Positions 8,487 to 17,656 of a DNA stretch of 64,000 nt are shown here, one piece after another. This DNA is from an uncultured Methanosarcinales archaeon (GTDB taxonomy: Archaea; Nanobdellota; Nanobdellia; Woesearchaeales; UBA583). Where the stretch lies: contig CAYSDY010000002.1 in the NCBI GenBank assembly GCA_964429995.1, positions 6,019-70,018 on the forward strand, written 5' to 3'. The position numbers and the translations under genes are program-made. The notes under the pieces are model-generated. The model was not told the DNA's origin and ran no database searches. It saw only the letters and a list, made by a program, of their open reading frames with translations. Numbering within the stretch: position 1 is the first letter of the stretch; each line of letters opens with the position of its first letter.

Positions 8487-9545
8487 TTAGTCTATCTTAA
8501 ATAGTTCAATTGATTCAATCTTTTTACCATATTTAATATTTAATATTTCCTTGAATTTTTCTATTTCTTCTTTTTCCTCAAAAATAAGTGTTATAAAGTA
8601 TTCTTGTGAATTTAGGTTTTTAATGGCATTTATGATTGATCTTGATTGTTTAAAAAATGCTGATATATCTTCTGATTCGCCTGCATTAAGATACAAAAAT
8701 TTTATTATTCCTGCAAATTGCATAAAACCTAATTTGTTGTAATTTAATACGGGCGTAAAATTTTCTATTACTCCGCATGATTTCATTTTTTCTATTCTGT
8801 ATTTTACAGTGTCAGATGATATGTTTAATTTTTCACCGATTTCTTTATACTGTATTCTTGCATTCTCTTCTAACATGTTTAGTATTTCCTTGTTTTTTTC
8901 ATCAAGTTCAAAGTTTTGATTATCTTTTATTATTGTAAAATCTTTTTTGAATTCACAATCATTCTTAAATATGTCATTATGTATTTTTTGTTGATTATCA
9001 GTGTTTATTTCCTGAGATGATATTATTGTGTAATATTTTGTAAGTACACTTGAGCATGAATCTAATATTTCTGCAAGTTTTTTTTTAAACTCATTAATAT
9101 TTTCAGCATAAAGCCTTATTACAAGATCCCATCCTGCCTGAGATTTTATAAACCATATGAGGTATTTGTTGCCTATCTTTTGTTTTATGAACTTTTCTTT
9201 TGAGATTTCATCATCAAGATTCAATTTTAACAATATTATGTATTCTTTGTAATTTAGGATGTCTTCGTTTATTTTTGGAATGAATTTTACTATAAGGTTC
9301 TCTTTTATTAACCTTTTTATACGGTAATTTATTATTTCACGACCAAGATCTATCTCTTTAGATATACTTGCAGAGCTTTGTCTTCCATCTTCAAGCAGTT
9401 TTTGTAAAATAAGTACATCTTTTTTTGTAAGAATGGAGAACTGTTCCTTTTTGTCCATATTATGATATATAGTGAGGTTGTAATTTATAAATCTTGTTTT
9501 TATTTGAGTTGTTGTGTAATGTGCATTTGTTATATTATTGTTCAC
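8487..9545 (-). CDS. tandem-duplicated Lrp/AsnC-family transcriptional regulator (two HTH+RAM modules in one 352-aa chain)
   Basis: The first module is DVLILQKLLEDGRQSSASISKEIDLGREIINYRIKRLIKENLI plus a RAM-like region. The second is EILNMLEENARIQYKEIGEKLNISSDTVKYRIEKMKSCGVI plus a RAM-like region. A likelier start is the Met at 9458 (MDKKEQF...). The gene is divergent from pilin-FGE paralog 2. Confidence 0.75.
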   Translation of the reverse strand: MNNNITNAHYTTTQIKTRFINYNLTIYHNMDKKEQFSILTKKDVLILQKLLEDGRQSSASISKEIDLGREIINYRIKRLIKENLIVKFIPKINEDILNYKEYIILLKLNLDDEISKEKFIKQKIGNKYLIWFIKSQAGWDLVIRLYAENINEFKKKLAEILDSCSSVLTKYYTIISSQEINTDNQQKIHNDIFKNDCEFKKDFTIIKDNQNFELDEKNKEILNMLEENARIQYKEIGEKLNISSDTVKYRIEKMKSCGVIENFTPVLNYNKLGFMQFAGIIKFLYLNAGESEDISAFFKQSRSIINAIKNLNSQEYFITLIFEEKEEIEKFKEILNIKYGKKIESIELFKID

Positions 9546-9593
9546 TTGTTGATTTTTAAAAAAATTTATAAATTCAAAATTTTTATTCAGAAT

Positions 9594-11036
9594 ATGTATT
9601 CTGGTAATAAAAATATAAAATGCATATCTCCAATTATAGCAACAGCCTTATTGTTAGTTGTAGCTGTAGTTGCAGTTGTTGGTTTTTCATTTTGGTTTGA
9701 GGATTATTCATCTAAAATTTCAAGTAATGTTGAAACATACTCCTCACAAAAGGGTTCTTCTGTTAATATAGAAGCTGTTGTTGGAGATAGTTTGTATATT
9801 AAAAATTCTGGTGATAATGTTACTGTAAAAAATGTTAAAGTTAATGGATTTGATTGTTTGAATAATGATACTGTTTATCAGGAAGGATTTTTTGAAATAA
9901 ATATTAGTTTGTGTATTGATAATCTTAATGTTTCTAATCCTGATGTGCTAATAGTTACAGATAAAGGATTGGTTGAAAAGAAAATATATGTAAAGAATGT
10001 TGTAAATAGTGTTTCTTATGATTGTGTTTTAAATGGTCAAACTATTTTGAATGGTTCTTCTTCTGTTTTTTATAAATATGACAAACCTTACAATAGTGTA
10101 TCAGGGTGTTCTGTAATGTCACAGGAAAGGACATGTAATAATGGAAATCTAAATGGTACATCTGATTATACTTATACAGAGTGTAACGATAGTTTGGCCC
10201 CAAGCCAAGGTGGTGAGTGGTTATTGGTTTTAGGTAATGATGATTTGGGAACAGAAGATTTTTATGTTATGAAATATGAAGCAAAATTTGCAAATATTGC
10301 AAGTAAAACATTTGATGAAGCAAGTGGAGTTTGGCAATATGATAATGCTGGTGGAGATTTGAGTATAACATCAGGCCCTTTAAATGAACCAATAGCATAT
10401 ATTAGTCAAGAGCAAGCTGGTCTTGCATGTTCTTTATTGGGAGATGGTTATAAATTGATAAATCGTTCTGAATGGGTGACTATTGGAAGAGAAATTGAAA
10501 ATATTGCTTATAATTGGGATAGTGGTCAAGTTTATTCAGGTAAATTATATACAGGTCATAGTGATAGAGGTCCCTCTTATGCCTTGCCTGTTTCTGATGT
10601 TGATGATGGTTATGTAGGTACAGGTAATTCTGCACTCTCTGGTATTGATCAAAGAAGAACATTAAAATTGCGTAGTGATGAATTAATATGGGATTTATCA
10701 GGTAATTTATGGGAATGGAATAGTGATGTATTTGAAACAAATGAAGAAAGTTCGTTAGGAACATCTCCTATTGATTGGATGCAATGGACAGAGATAGATT
10801 CATCATACGATTACTTAAAACCTTATAACACATCGCTTACATCTACTAACGGAATAGGACGAGTTAAACCAACATCATCTAATGCTATTCCTAGTGGTAC
10901 AGTTCATGCTTTTGCTTCAGGAGGTGATTGGAATCGTGTTAGTGATACAGGATTTTTTGCATTGTTCTTAGGTTATTCTCCAACAATTTCAATGTTTATG
11001 TCTGATACTACTTTTCGTTGTACATATAATCCATAA
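9594..11036 (+). CDS. pilin-FGE fusion protein, paralog 2 (480 aa)
   Basis: N-terminus KNIKC|ISPIIATALLLVVAVVAVVGFSFWF. The C-terminal domain has FYVMKYEAKF, PIAYISQEQAGLACSLLGDGYKLINRSEWV, GNLWEWNSDVF and TFRCTYNP. The six-frame ORF from 9462 is an upstream read-through; the start is set at the Met that matches the paralogs. Confidence 0.7.
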   Translation: MYSGNKNIKCISPIIATALLLVVAVVAVVGFSFWFEDYSSKISSNVETYSSQKGSSVNIEAVVGDSLYIKNSGDNVTVKNVKVNGFDCLNNDTVYQEGFFEINISLCIDNLNVSNPDVLIVTDKGLVEKKIYVKNVVNSVSYDCVLNGQTILNGSSSVFYKYDKPYNSVSGCSVMSQERTCNNGNLNGTSDYTYTECNDSLAPSQGGEWLLVLGNDDLGTEDFYVMKYEAKFANIASKTFDEASGVWQYDNAGGDLSITSGPLNEPIAYISQEQAGLACSLLGDGYKLINRSEWVTIGREIENIAYNWDSGQVYSGKLYTGHSDRGPSYALPVSDVDDGYVGTGNSALSGIDQRRTLKLRSDELIWDLSGNLWEWNSDVFETNEESSLGTSPIDWMQWTEIDSSYDYLKPYNTSLTSTNGIGRVKPTSSNAIPSGTVHAFASGGDWNRVSDTGFFALFLGYSPTISMFMSDTTFRCTYNP

Positions 11037-11104
11037 ATTCAATTTTTATATATTGTTTTAACTAAAAATAAAGTTTAAATTTTTTTGAATAAAAATATGT
11101 GTAA

Positions 11105-11299
11105 TTATTCTTTATCGCTATTTTTTTTAAGTCTTGTGATGTATCCCACTACAGCATTCTTTAATTTTTTTGAAGGAATTACTGCGTACTTTTCTACTAT
11201 TGTCTTATTCTGACTGAAATCTTCACCAAATTCGGATTCACCTTTTGTATAGATTTTTTTTCCAGAACTTTTAATGAATCTACTTTTAATTCTTCCCAT
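11105..11299 (-). CDS. rps17e: 30S ribosomal protein S17e
   Basis: MGRIKSRFIKSSGKKIY...FGEDFSQNKTIVEKYAVIPSKKLKNAVVGYITRLKK follows the S17e pattern: MG+IR..FIKR...F..DF..NK..V......SKK.RN.IAGYITR. Confidence 0.75.
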   Translation of the reverse strand: MGRIKSRFIKSSGKKIYTKGESEFGEDFSQNKTIVEKYAVIPSKKLKNAVVGYITRLKKNSDKE

Positions 11300-11583
11300 T
11301 ATAATATTATAGGAGTAATCTTTGATTTTTAAAGCTTTTCCTTTAACTTTTCTTAAGGTTTTTAAGTTTTATGGGATAAATATTTAAAGTGTTAAGATAA
11401 ATAAAGTATTACAATAGGTAATTTGTTGAGAATCTGTAAAAAATTATATGTTTTTTATAAGGTTTCTTAAGAAGATAGTTTTAAGAACTAAAAAAGGCTT
11501 AAAGTTGTAACAAAATTTTGTTTTCTGTTATGATTTATGGACTTTTTTGGTTTACTTAGGCTTTCTATTGTAAAATATGTATA

Positions 11584-11817
11584 TTGAAAATGTCTGAATG
11601 GAAAACTTTAAGGCAGGAAACTATTGAGGTTGGAGGGAATAACTTTATAGAGGTTAACCTAAAACAGCCTCCTACAGGTGAAAATCTTTTGATAGGACTA
11701 TCTAAAGGCTGGTTTACAGAAGATGGTCAGAAACGATATAAAACAAATATATTGTTTTCAAAAGAAAAAAAGGAAGAGATAGTTAAAGCTATTAATAATA
11801 TAGGCAATCAGGAATGA
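11584..11817 (+). CDS. small hypothetical protein (77 aa), possibly a PC4/YdbC-like ssDNA-binding fold
   Basis: The ORF has a plausible upstream AT-rich promoter. The body ...IEVGGNNFIEVNLKQPP...GLSKGWFTEDGQKRYKTNILFS... only loosely resembles PC4-like proteins. Confidence 0.35.
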   Translation: MKMSEWKTLRQETIEVGGNNFIEVNLKQPPTGENLLIGLSKGWFTEDGQKRYKTNILFSKEKKEEIVKAINNIGNQE

Positions 11818-11914
11818 TTAAAAAGTTTTTAAAAAACTTTTTCCTGTTATCTAAAAAAATATTTTTTTGTAGTGGTAATAAAACTAAATAAAAATTTTAA
11901 GCATACATATCCTT

Positions 11915-13204
11915 ATGAGAATAACAAATATTGATGCATTTTCTATACTTGATTCTAGGGGAAATCCTACATTAAAGGTAAAAGTGTTGCTTGATGATGG
12001 TTCTTTGGGTTCATTTGAAGTTCCATCAGGAGCATCTACAGGAGTTCATGAGGCATTAGAACTTCGTGATTGCGATAAATCGCTTTTTGGTGGTAAGTCG
12101 GTTTACAAGGCTATTGATAATGTTTTAAAAATAAGAGATGAACTTATTGGATTTGATTTTACTCAGGAAAGTTTTGATAATAAACTTTTAGAGCTTGATG
12201 GAACTGAAAATAAATCAGTTCTTGGAGCTAATGCTATTCTTGGATTAAGTTGTGCTTTTGCAAGGGCTTGTGCTTTGTATTATGAATTACCATTATATGA
12301 GTATTTGCATAGATTGGTAAATAAGATAGATTTTTTACGAAAAAAAGATTTTTCAATGCACAATGTACATCTTTTTGCAAATGTTATTAATGGTGGAATG
12401 CATTCAGGTAATCTTTTAAAAATTCAGGAATTTATGATAGTTCCTGTTTTTGATGATGTTAACAGGCGTATCAGGGCAATTTCTGAAATATATCAGATGC
12501 TTAAAACATTAATAGAGGAAAAATATGGAAAGAATAGTACTGCTGTTGGTGATGAGGGAGGTTTTGCTCCTGATATTTCAAAAGCAGAGTCTGCATTGGA
12601 TCTTTTAGTTGATGCAATAAACAAGAGCAATTACAAAGATCAGGTATATCTTGCAATGGATGCAGCTGCTTCTGATTTTTACAATAATGAAACATTAAAG
12701 TATGAAGTTGAACAGGATATGTTTTTAGATTATAAGGAATTGTCAGATTACTATAATAAACTTGTTCAGAAATATCCAATAATTTCAATAGAAGATCCGT
12801 TTGCTGAGGATGATTTTGAAGGTTTTGCATATTACATGAAAAATAAGGCAAAGCTTAATATTAAAAATCCTTTAAATGATGAAAAAAAAGAACTTTTGAT
12901 TGTAGGAGATGATTTGCTTGTTACAAATCCTAAGAGGATAAAAACAGCGATAGATAAGAAAATGTGCAATTCTTTGCTTCTTAAAATAAATCAGATAGGA
13001 ACGCTTACTGAAAGCATAAAGGCATATGATATGGCAGTATCTAAAAAATGGCATGTAATAGTTTCACATCGTTCAGGAGAAACAACAGATTCATTCATAT
13101 CAGATTTGTGTGTTGCAATGCAATCATCAATTAAGATAGGTGCTCCATGTAGGGGGGAAAGAACAGCAAAATACAATAGACTTCTTGAAATTTACAGGAA
13201 ATAA
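11915..13204 (+). CDS. eno: enolase (phosphopyruvate hydratase)
   Basis: The N-terminus is ILDSRGNPTLKVKVLLDDGSLGSFEVPSGASTGVHEALELRD. The C-terminus is SHRSGETTDSFISDLCVAMQSSIKIGAPCRGERTAKYNRLLEI. Confidence 0.9.
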   Translation: MRITNIDAFSILDSRGNPTLKVKVLLDDGSLGSFEVPSGASTGVHEALELRDCDKSLFGGKSVYKAIDNVLKIRDELIGFDFTQESFDNKLLELDGTENKSVLGANAILGLSCAFARACALYYELPLYEYLHRLVNKIDFLRKKDFSMHNVHLFANVINGGMHSGNLLKIQEFMIVPVFDDVNRRIRAISEIYQMLKTLIEEKYGKNSTAVGDEGGFAPDISKAESALDLLVDAINKSNYKDQVYLAMDAAASDFYNNETLKYEVEQDMFLDYKELSDYYNKLVQKYPIISIEDPFAEDDFEGFAYYMKNKAKLNIKNPLNDEKKELLIVGDDLLVTNPKRIKTAIDKKMCNSLLLKINQIGTLTESIKAYDMAVSKKWHVIVSHRSGETTDSFISDLCVAMQSSIKIGAPCRGERTAKYNRLLEIYRK

Positions 13205-13322
13205 TTTTTCTAAATTATTGTTTTATTGTCATATTTTTTTTAATAGTTAAAACTTAGTTTTAAAGGAACAGTGGGTGTTTTTAATTTGTTAGGAGTTACT
13301 AATTTTTTTATTATATATTTTT

Positions 13323-13799
13323 ATGTCTTATTATATGGTATCTAAACAGGAGCTTGGTTCTGATGTTGATTTGATCAGAGAGTTTGAGGAGTTAAAAATA
13401 AAACAGAGGTTGCTTATTGATAATTTAAGAAAGAATGGCAATACTCAGCAAAATAGGTTGTTTCTTGAAATTAATTCAAAACTTGATTTTCTTGTAAAAA
13501 TATTTACAGAAGCAAATAAAAATGAAGATGAAGAGGAACACAATCAGGAAAAGGCAAAAACAGATAAAATGTTATTGCAGGTAGATAGTTTAGTTTCAAA
13601 AATTGACACTAATTTTGCAAAAATCAATGATCAGGTGGAAAAGATAAATGCAAGGTTAAAAAAAATAGAAGATTCATCAGTTGTGCCTTTGCAATCTAAT
13701 GTTTTATCAGTACCACAGGATGGTTCAAAAGATATTCCAAACCCTGATTTTAAGGTTAATATTAAAGATGAGGAAAAGCCCAAAAAGAAATGGCTCTAA
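13323..13799 (+). CDS. hypothetical coiled-coil protein (158 aa)
   Basis: Heptad-rich charged sequence with no recognisable motif. Confidence 0.45.
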   Translation: MSYYMVSKQELGSDVDLIREFEELKIKQRLLIDNLRKNGNTQQNRLFLEINSKLDFLVKIFTEANKNEDEEEHNQEKAKTDKMLLQVDSLVSKIDTNFAKINDQVEKINARLKKIEDSSVVPLQSNVLSVPQDGSKDIPNPDFKVNIKDEEKPKKKWL

Positions 13800-13807
13800 T
13801 ATGAAAA

Positions 13808-14803
13808 ATGGTTGATAAAAAAAAAATAATAAATGAATTGAAAAAATATAATGATGACTTAGAGAATCATCTTCCTGAAATGGATTATGATTTTTTGGAT
13901 AACAAATCATTATTTTCATCTTCTGAGTCTGTGCATGATCTTTTACCTCTTGTGACTAGTAATCTTATGGATCTTAAAACAGAGATAGCACTTATGAGAA
14001 AGAATTTTGCCGATTCTGTTGAAGGTATGATGTTAAGACTTATAGCACAGGAAAAGAAGAATATGGATATGCAGATGGATAAGATATTTTCACAACTTAT
14101 GGTTGAAATAAAAGGAAGTTTTGCAGAATACATTGTTGAAATATCATCAGAATTAAATTCTATTAAAAAAGATTTTGCAAAGTCAGTTTCAGCCAATAAG
14201 GATTTTACAGAATCTGTTGCAAGGATAAGTAAAGATTTTTTAGATTTCAAAGCCAGTTTTGCCGATTTTAAAGTGTATAAAAATCAGATAATGGATAGTT
14301 TTAATAAAGTAGACATAGACGAAAAAATTCATATACTAAATTCTCACATATCAAAACTTGATGCAGGGTTTTCTGTTATGGGTAAAGAGATGGATGATAA
14401 GCTTTTAGAATTTGGATCTATTGCACAGAAACTTAAAAGTGACATGGATTCTTTAAGTCTTAATATTGCTGATAGTAGTAAGCAGGTTGAATCAAAGATA
14501 GATAAATTAAATTTTGGAATAAAAAATATAGAAAGAGAAAATACAAAGATAGAGCAAGACATAAAAACAGTTTATGAAAAAAGAAAAAAAGAAGTTGATT
14601 TAGAAAGAAAAGCTTTGCCTTTTGAATCTAAACAGGAAAAAATTAAGATAAACAATGCGATTTCTGATTTATCTGTAATGGATGATGATGATTATAAACC
14701 TTCTGATATAATATCTAAAATACAGGTTGCTTCTGAAATAAAAAGTACTGATAAAATAATTGATATTGAACAAAGAATAAAACGTCTTGAGGGTTTGAAA
14801 TAA
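13808..14803 (+). CDS. hypothetical coiled-coil protein (331 aa)
   Basis: Long ORF, co-directional with and 9 nt downstream of the previous one. Repetitive SxxxDFxKS coiled-coil segments. Confidence 0.5.
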   Translation: MVDKKKIINELKKYNDDLENHLPEMDYDFLDNKSLFSSSESVHDLLPLVTSNLMDLKTEIALMRKNFADSVEGMMLRLIAQEKKNMDMQMDKIFSQLMVEIKGSFAEYIVEISSELNSIKKDFAKSVSANKDFTESVARISKDFLDFKASFADFKVYKNQIMDSFNKVDIDEKIHILNSHISKLDAGFSVMGKEMDDKLLEFGSIAQKLKSDMDSLSLNIADSSKQVESKIDKLNFGIKNIERENTKIEQDIKTVYEKRKKEVDLERKALPFESKQEKIKINNAISDLSVMDDDDYKPSDIISKIQVASEIKSTDKIIDIEQRIKRLEGLK

Positions 14804-14982
14804 AATATATAATTTCGTCTTATTTTTTCTTATTTTGTTTTTAAAAGTCATTTCTTCTTATTTTTTAGTTGTTTATTAACACAACATTACATGTTAATTA
14901 CTATTAAAAGACAAAAAATTTATTTAATCTATTTATTTTTTTGATATATTACAAGCGTTTAAAAACGTATTGAATTTAAAAA

Positions 14983-15411
14983 ATGGTTTTAAATAAAAAA
15001 GCAATAAGTCCGGTAGTGGCTACAGCTCTGCTTTTAGTAGTTGCTGTTGTTGCAGTTGTAGGATTCCAAAGTTGGTTTACTACATACCAGAGTGGAATAA
15101 ACACAAAGGTTGAACAGCAGTCAAACGCTGGTTCAGTTTTAACAATTGAAAGATTAGAATCAAGTGCTAATGGTACTTTGTATTTGAAAAATGCAGGAAC
15201 AGAAAATGTTACAGTTTCATCATTTAAAGTTTTAAAAGATGGAGCAACACAGTGTGATGATTCTGGCTTAACAACAGTTGTTGCAGGTAACAGTGTTGAG
15301 GAACTATCTGGTTCAGGTGCTTGTGATGTTGCTCTTGTTTCAGGTTTGGCATACGATGTTGTTGTTGTTACAAACGTTGGAGTTTTCCAGGCAACAAAAA
15401 TTGCAAGATAA
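14983..15411 (+). CDS. archaeal type IV pilin (class III signal peptide), candidate major pilin of the adjacent pilus locus
   Basis: MVLNKKA|ISPVVATALLLVVAVVAVVGFQSWF is followed by a G/S/T/V-rich β-domain (LYLKNAGTENVTVSSFKV...). This is the same N-terminal module as the FGE-fusion paralogs. Confidence 0.7.
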   Translation: MVLNKKAISPVVATALLLVVAVVAVVGFQSWFTTYQSGINTKVEQQSNAGSVLTIERLESSANGTLYLKNAGTENVTVSSFKVLKDGATQCDDSGLTTVVAGNSVEELSGSGACDVALVSGLAYDVVVVTNVGVFQATKIAR

Positions 15412-15433
15412 AAATCTTGTATAAACAATAAAA

Positions 15434-15841
15434 ATGATTTACAGGAAAGGTTTGGTTTCAATAGCCACCTTTTCTTTTGTTCTTATTCTGATGATTTTTG
15501 TCTTAGGTTTTTCTTATTATGTTTACGATTTAAATAGAAGTTTTTTTATGGAAAAAGATATTGAGAAGGATATGTTTAAGTCAATGCTTGATTTTAGAAC
15601 ACAGGTTGTGTTTATGCATTCATGTAATAATTCATCGGTTACATATAGAAATTCACAATTAATGGAAGGGTTTTTGTTTAATGTAACAGATTCAAAATTT
15701 ACTGCTGTGTATTCTGATGCTGACATAAGGATTGAAAAAAACATTACCATGTATGGAATGAAATTTTGTGATAATTTTGTATTTAATCCTATAGTAGATC
15801 AGATTGTAATATATAATGGGACATGTATTAGCATTATTTGA
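15434..15841 (+). CDS. minor pilin-like protein (class III-like N-terminus RKG|LVSIATFSFVLILMIFVL)
   Basis: A short charged N-terminus with K-G is followed by a ~20-aa hydrophobic helix. The gene is first in a run of five such small genes upstream of the pilus ATPase. Confidence 0.45.
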   Translation: MIYRKGLVSIATFSFVLILMIFVLGFSYYVYDLNRSFFMEKDIEKDMFKSMLDFRTQVVFMHSCNNSSVTYRNSQLMEGFLFNVTDSKFTAVYSDADIRIEKNITMYGMKFCDNFVFNPIVDQIVIYNGTCISII

Positions 15842-15887
15842 TAGTGATTACATTTATTTATTATTTCAAAGCTTGAATCTTTAGTAT

Positions 15888-16364
15888 ATGTTATTCTATA
15901 AAAACAGAAAAGGATTATCTGAAATAATTGCATTTATATTACTCACTTTTCTTATAGTTACAGGTTCTACTTTAGTTTTTTATTTTGTTAAGGATTATGT
16001 GGATGAAGAAGTGTTTAAAATAGATCATATGAAAATGCAGGATAATATGAAAAATATTAACATGAATATAGGCCGTATAAAAAATGTTGATTCATCAGAT
16101 TTTTCTTTTAGCCTTAGTTTTAATACTGGCCTTTTATATTTTCAAGAAGGTATGATGAAGTATTATTCATTGATGGATTTTAATGGTATTGATTATTGTT
16201 TTAACAGTATATGTCATGTTGGAATAATTGGCAAAGAGATGATGTATTTTAACATGAGTTCAGATTATGTTTTTGAGCCTGAATTAAAACTTACTCCTGG
16301 TAATTATCTTATTACATTAAGAAATAATAAAAATGAAAAAAAGATACATGTTACAATCAAGTAA
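15888..16364 (+). CDS. minor pilin-like protein (NRKG|LSEIIAFILLTFLIV)
   Basis: Class III-like signal with Glu at +3, then a hydrophobic helix. Confidence 0.45.
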   Translation: MLFYKNRKGLSEIIAFILLTFLIVTGSTLVFYFVKDYVDEEVFKIDHMKMQDNMKNINMNIGRIKNVDSSDFSFSLSFNTGLLYFQEGMMKYYSLMDFNGIDYCFNSICHVGIIGKEMMYFNMSSDYVFEPELKLTPGNYLITLRNNKNEKKIHVTIK

Positions 16365-16848
16365 TAATCATGTTAAGGCATATATACAGATAGATACTGC
16401 ATTTATAGTGTTAATGTTTATTTTGTTTTTTACATTTGTAGTATATAGGGTTGAATCTTTTAAAAACACATATAATTATGAAATTGAATTCTTAAATCTT
16501 AAGAGTCAATCCGATGATATTTGTTTTATGTTTTCGTATACATCAGGTGATAAATATGACTGGGAAAATAATTTTGAAAATGTTTCAATGATAGGTTTTT
16601 TAAATGATGATAATTCAGGACTTAACATGTCAAAAGTTGAATTTTTAAATGATGATGTGTATTTTGATTTTATTGATAAACTTGGAGTTAAAGATCATTT
16701 ATATGTTAGATTTTCTTATATAAACTCTACTCTTATTAAAGAGTTTGGTTTTGCATCTTATAATTATCCTGTTGTGTTTTCAAACTCTATATGTTTTATT
16801 GACTTTGAAGATGAAATAGTAAAGATGGAGGTGAAATTATGGAAATAA
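16333..16848 (+). CDS. minor pilin-like protein (HVKA|YIQIDTAFIVLMFILFF)
   Basis: Same architecture as its neighbours. It overlaps the neighbouring gene ends. Confidence 0.4.
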   Translation: MKKRYMLQSSNNHVKAYIQIDTAFIVLMFILFFTFVVYRVESFKNTYNYEIEFLNLKSQSDDICFMFSYTSGDKYDWENNFENVSMIGFLNDDNSGLNMSKVEFLNDDVYFDFIDKLGVKDHLYVRFSYINSTLIKEFGFASYNYPVVFSNSICFIDFEDEIVKMEVKLWK

Positions 16849-17261
16849 AAAACAGAAAATCACAAATTACAATAATTGAAACAATTTTTATGATATTGTT
16901 GTTTTTTATATTTGCAGGATATTTATATGGAAATGATTTTAATTTTTTTTATAATGATTATGATTATAACAGCATTGATACTGCTATGATATCAATCTAC
17001 AAATTAAATAATTTTAGGGTTCCTGTGTTTGAAGAAGATATGAATGTTTCTTTAGTAACTGCTGACTGGAATTCATTAAAGGATTTATTGGATATGCAAT
17101 TTTCTGAATATACGGTTTCACTTTTGGATTTGGATGATGAAAAAATGGTTATAAATAGCACAACAAAAAATGTTGCTTATTATTCTTATGATGTATTTTT
17201 TTTTATTGATGATTACAATAATGTTTCAGGTTTTAGATATTTAAGAATGAGGGTGTATTAA
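16839..17261 (+). CDS. minor pilin-like protein (NRKS|QITIIETIFMILLFFIFAG)
   Basis: K-S|Q-I-T-I-I-E is a class III-like signal. It overlaps the neighbouring ORFs (translational coupling). Confidence 0.45.
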   Translation: MEIKNRKSQITIIETIFMILLFFIFAGYLYGNDFNFFYNDYDYNSIDTAMISIYKLNNFRVPVFEEDMNVSLVTADWNSLKDLLDMQFSEYTVSLLDLDDEKMVINSTTKNVAYYSYDVFFFIDDYNNVSGFRYLRMRVY

Positions 17262-17656
17262 TGAAAATGGTTTTAAAATTTAATAATAAGTCACAGATAA
17301 TAGTTCTTGCGTGTGCTTTTCTTTTTTTGATATTTTTATATATCTATTCTTTAGAGACAATGAATTCTTATATAAATATGCCACCTAAAACTACTATATT
17401 GCAGGTTGTTGCTGATGAAGTTTGTTATCTTGCTTATAGAAGTTCTGGGGAGGATTTAGATTTAAGATTGAAGATGGTTAATTCAAGTTTATTGGAATAT
17501 TGTAATAGTGAGGGTTTATTGTGCAGTTTTGACATAATACCTTATGGGGAAGTTCCTCCTTTAGGAAATTGGTCTTTGCTTAATTATTCTTATTATAATT
17601 TTTCATTGTTTGTTTCTGATTCAACTTTTAATTTTACAAGAGAATTTAAATGTTAA
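17261..17656 (+). CDS. minor pilin-like protein (NNKS|QIIVLACAFLFLIFL)
   Basis: Class III-like signal. It lies directly upstream of the ATPase and overlaps it by 7 nt. Confidence 0.45.
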   Translation: MKMVLKFNNKSQIIVLACAFLFLIFLYIYSLETMNSYINMPPKTTILQVVADEVCYLAYRSSGEDLDLRLKMVNSSLLEYCNSEGLLCSFDIIPYGEVPPLGNWSLLNYSYYNFSLFVSDSTFNFTREFKC

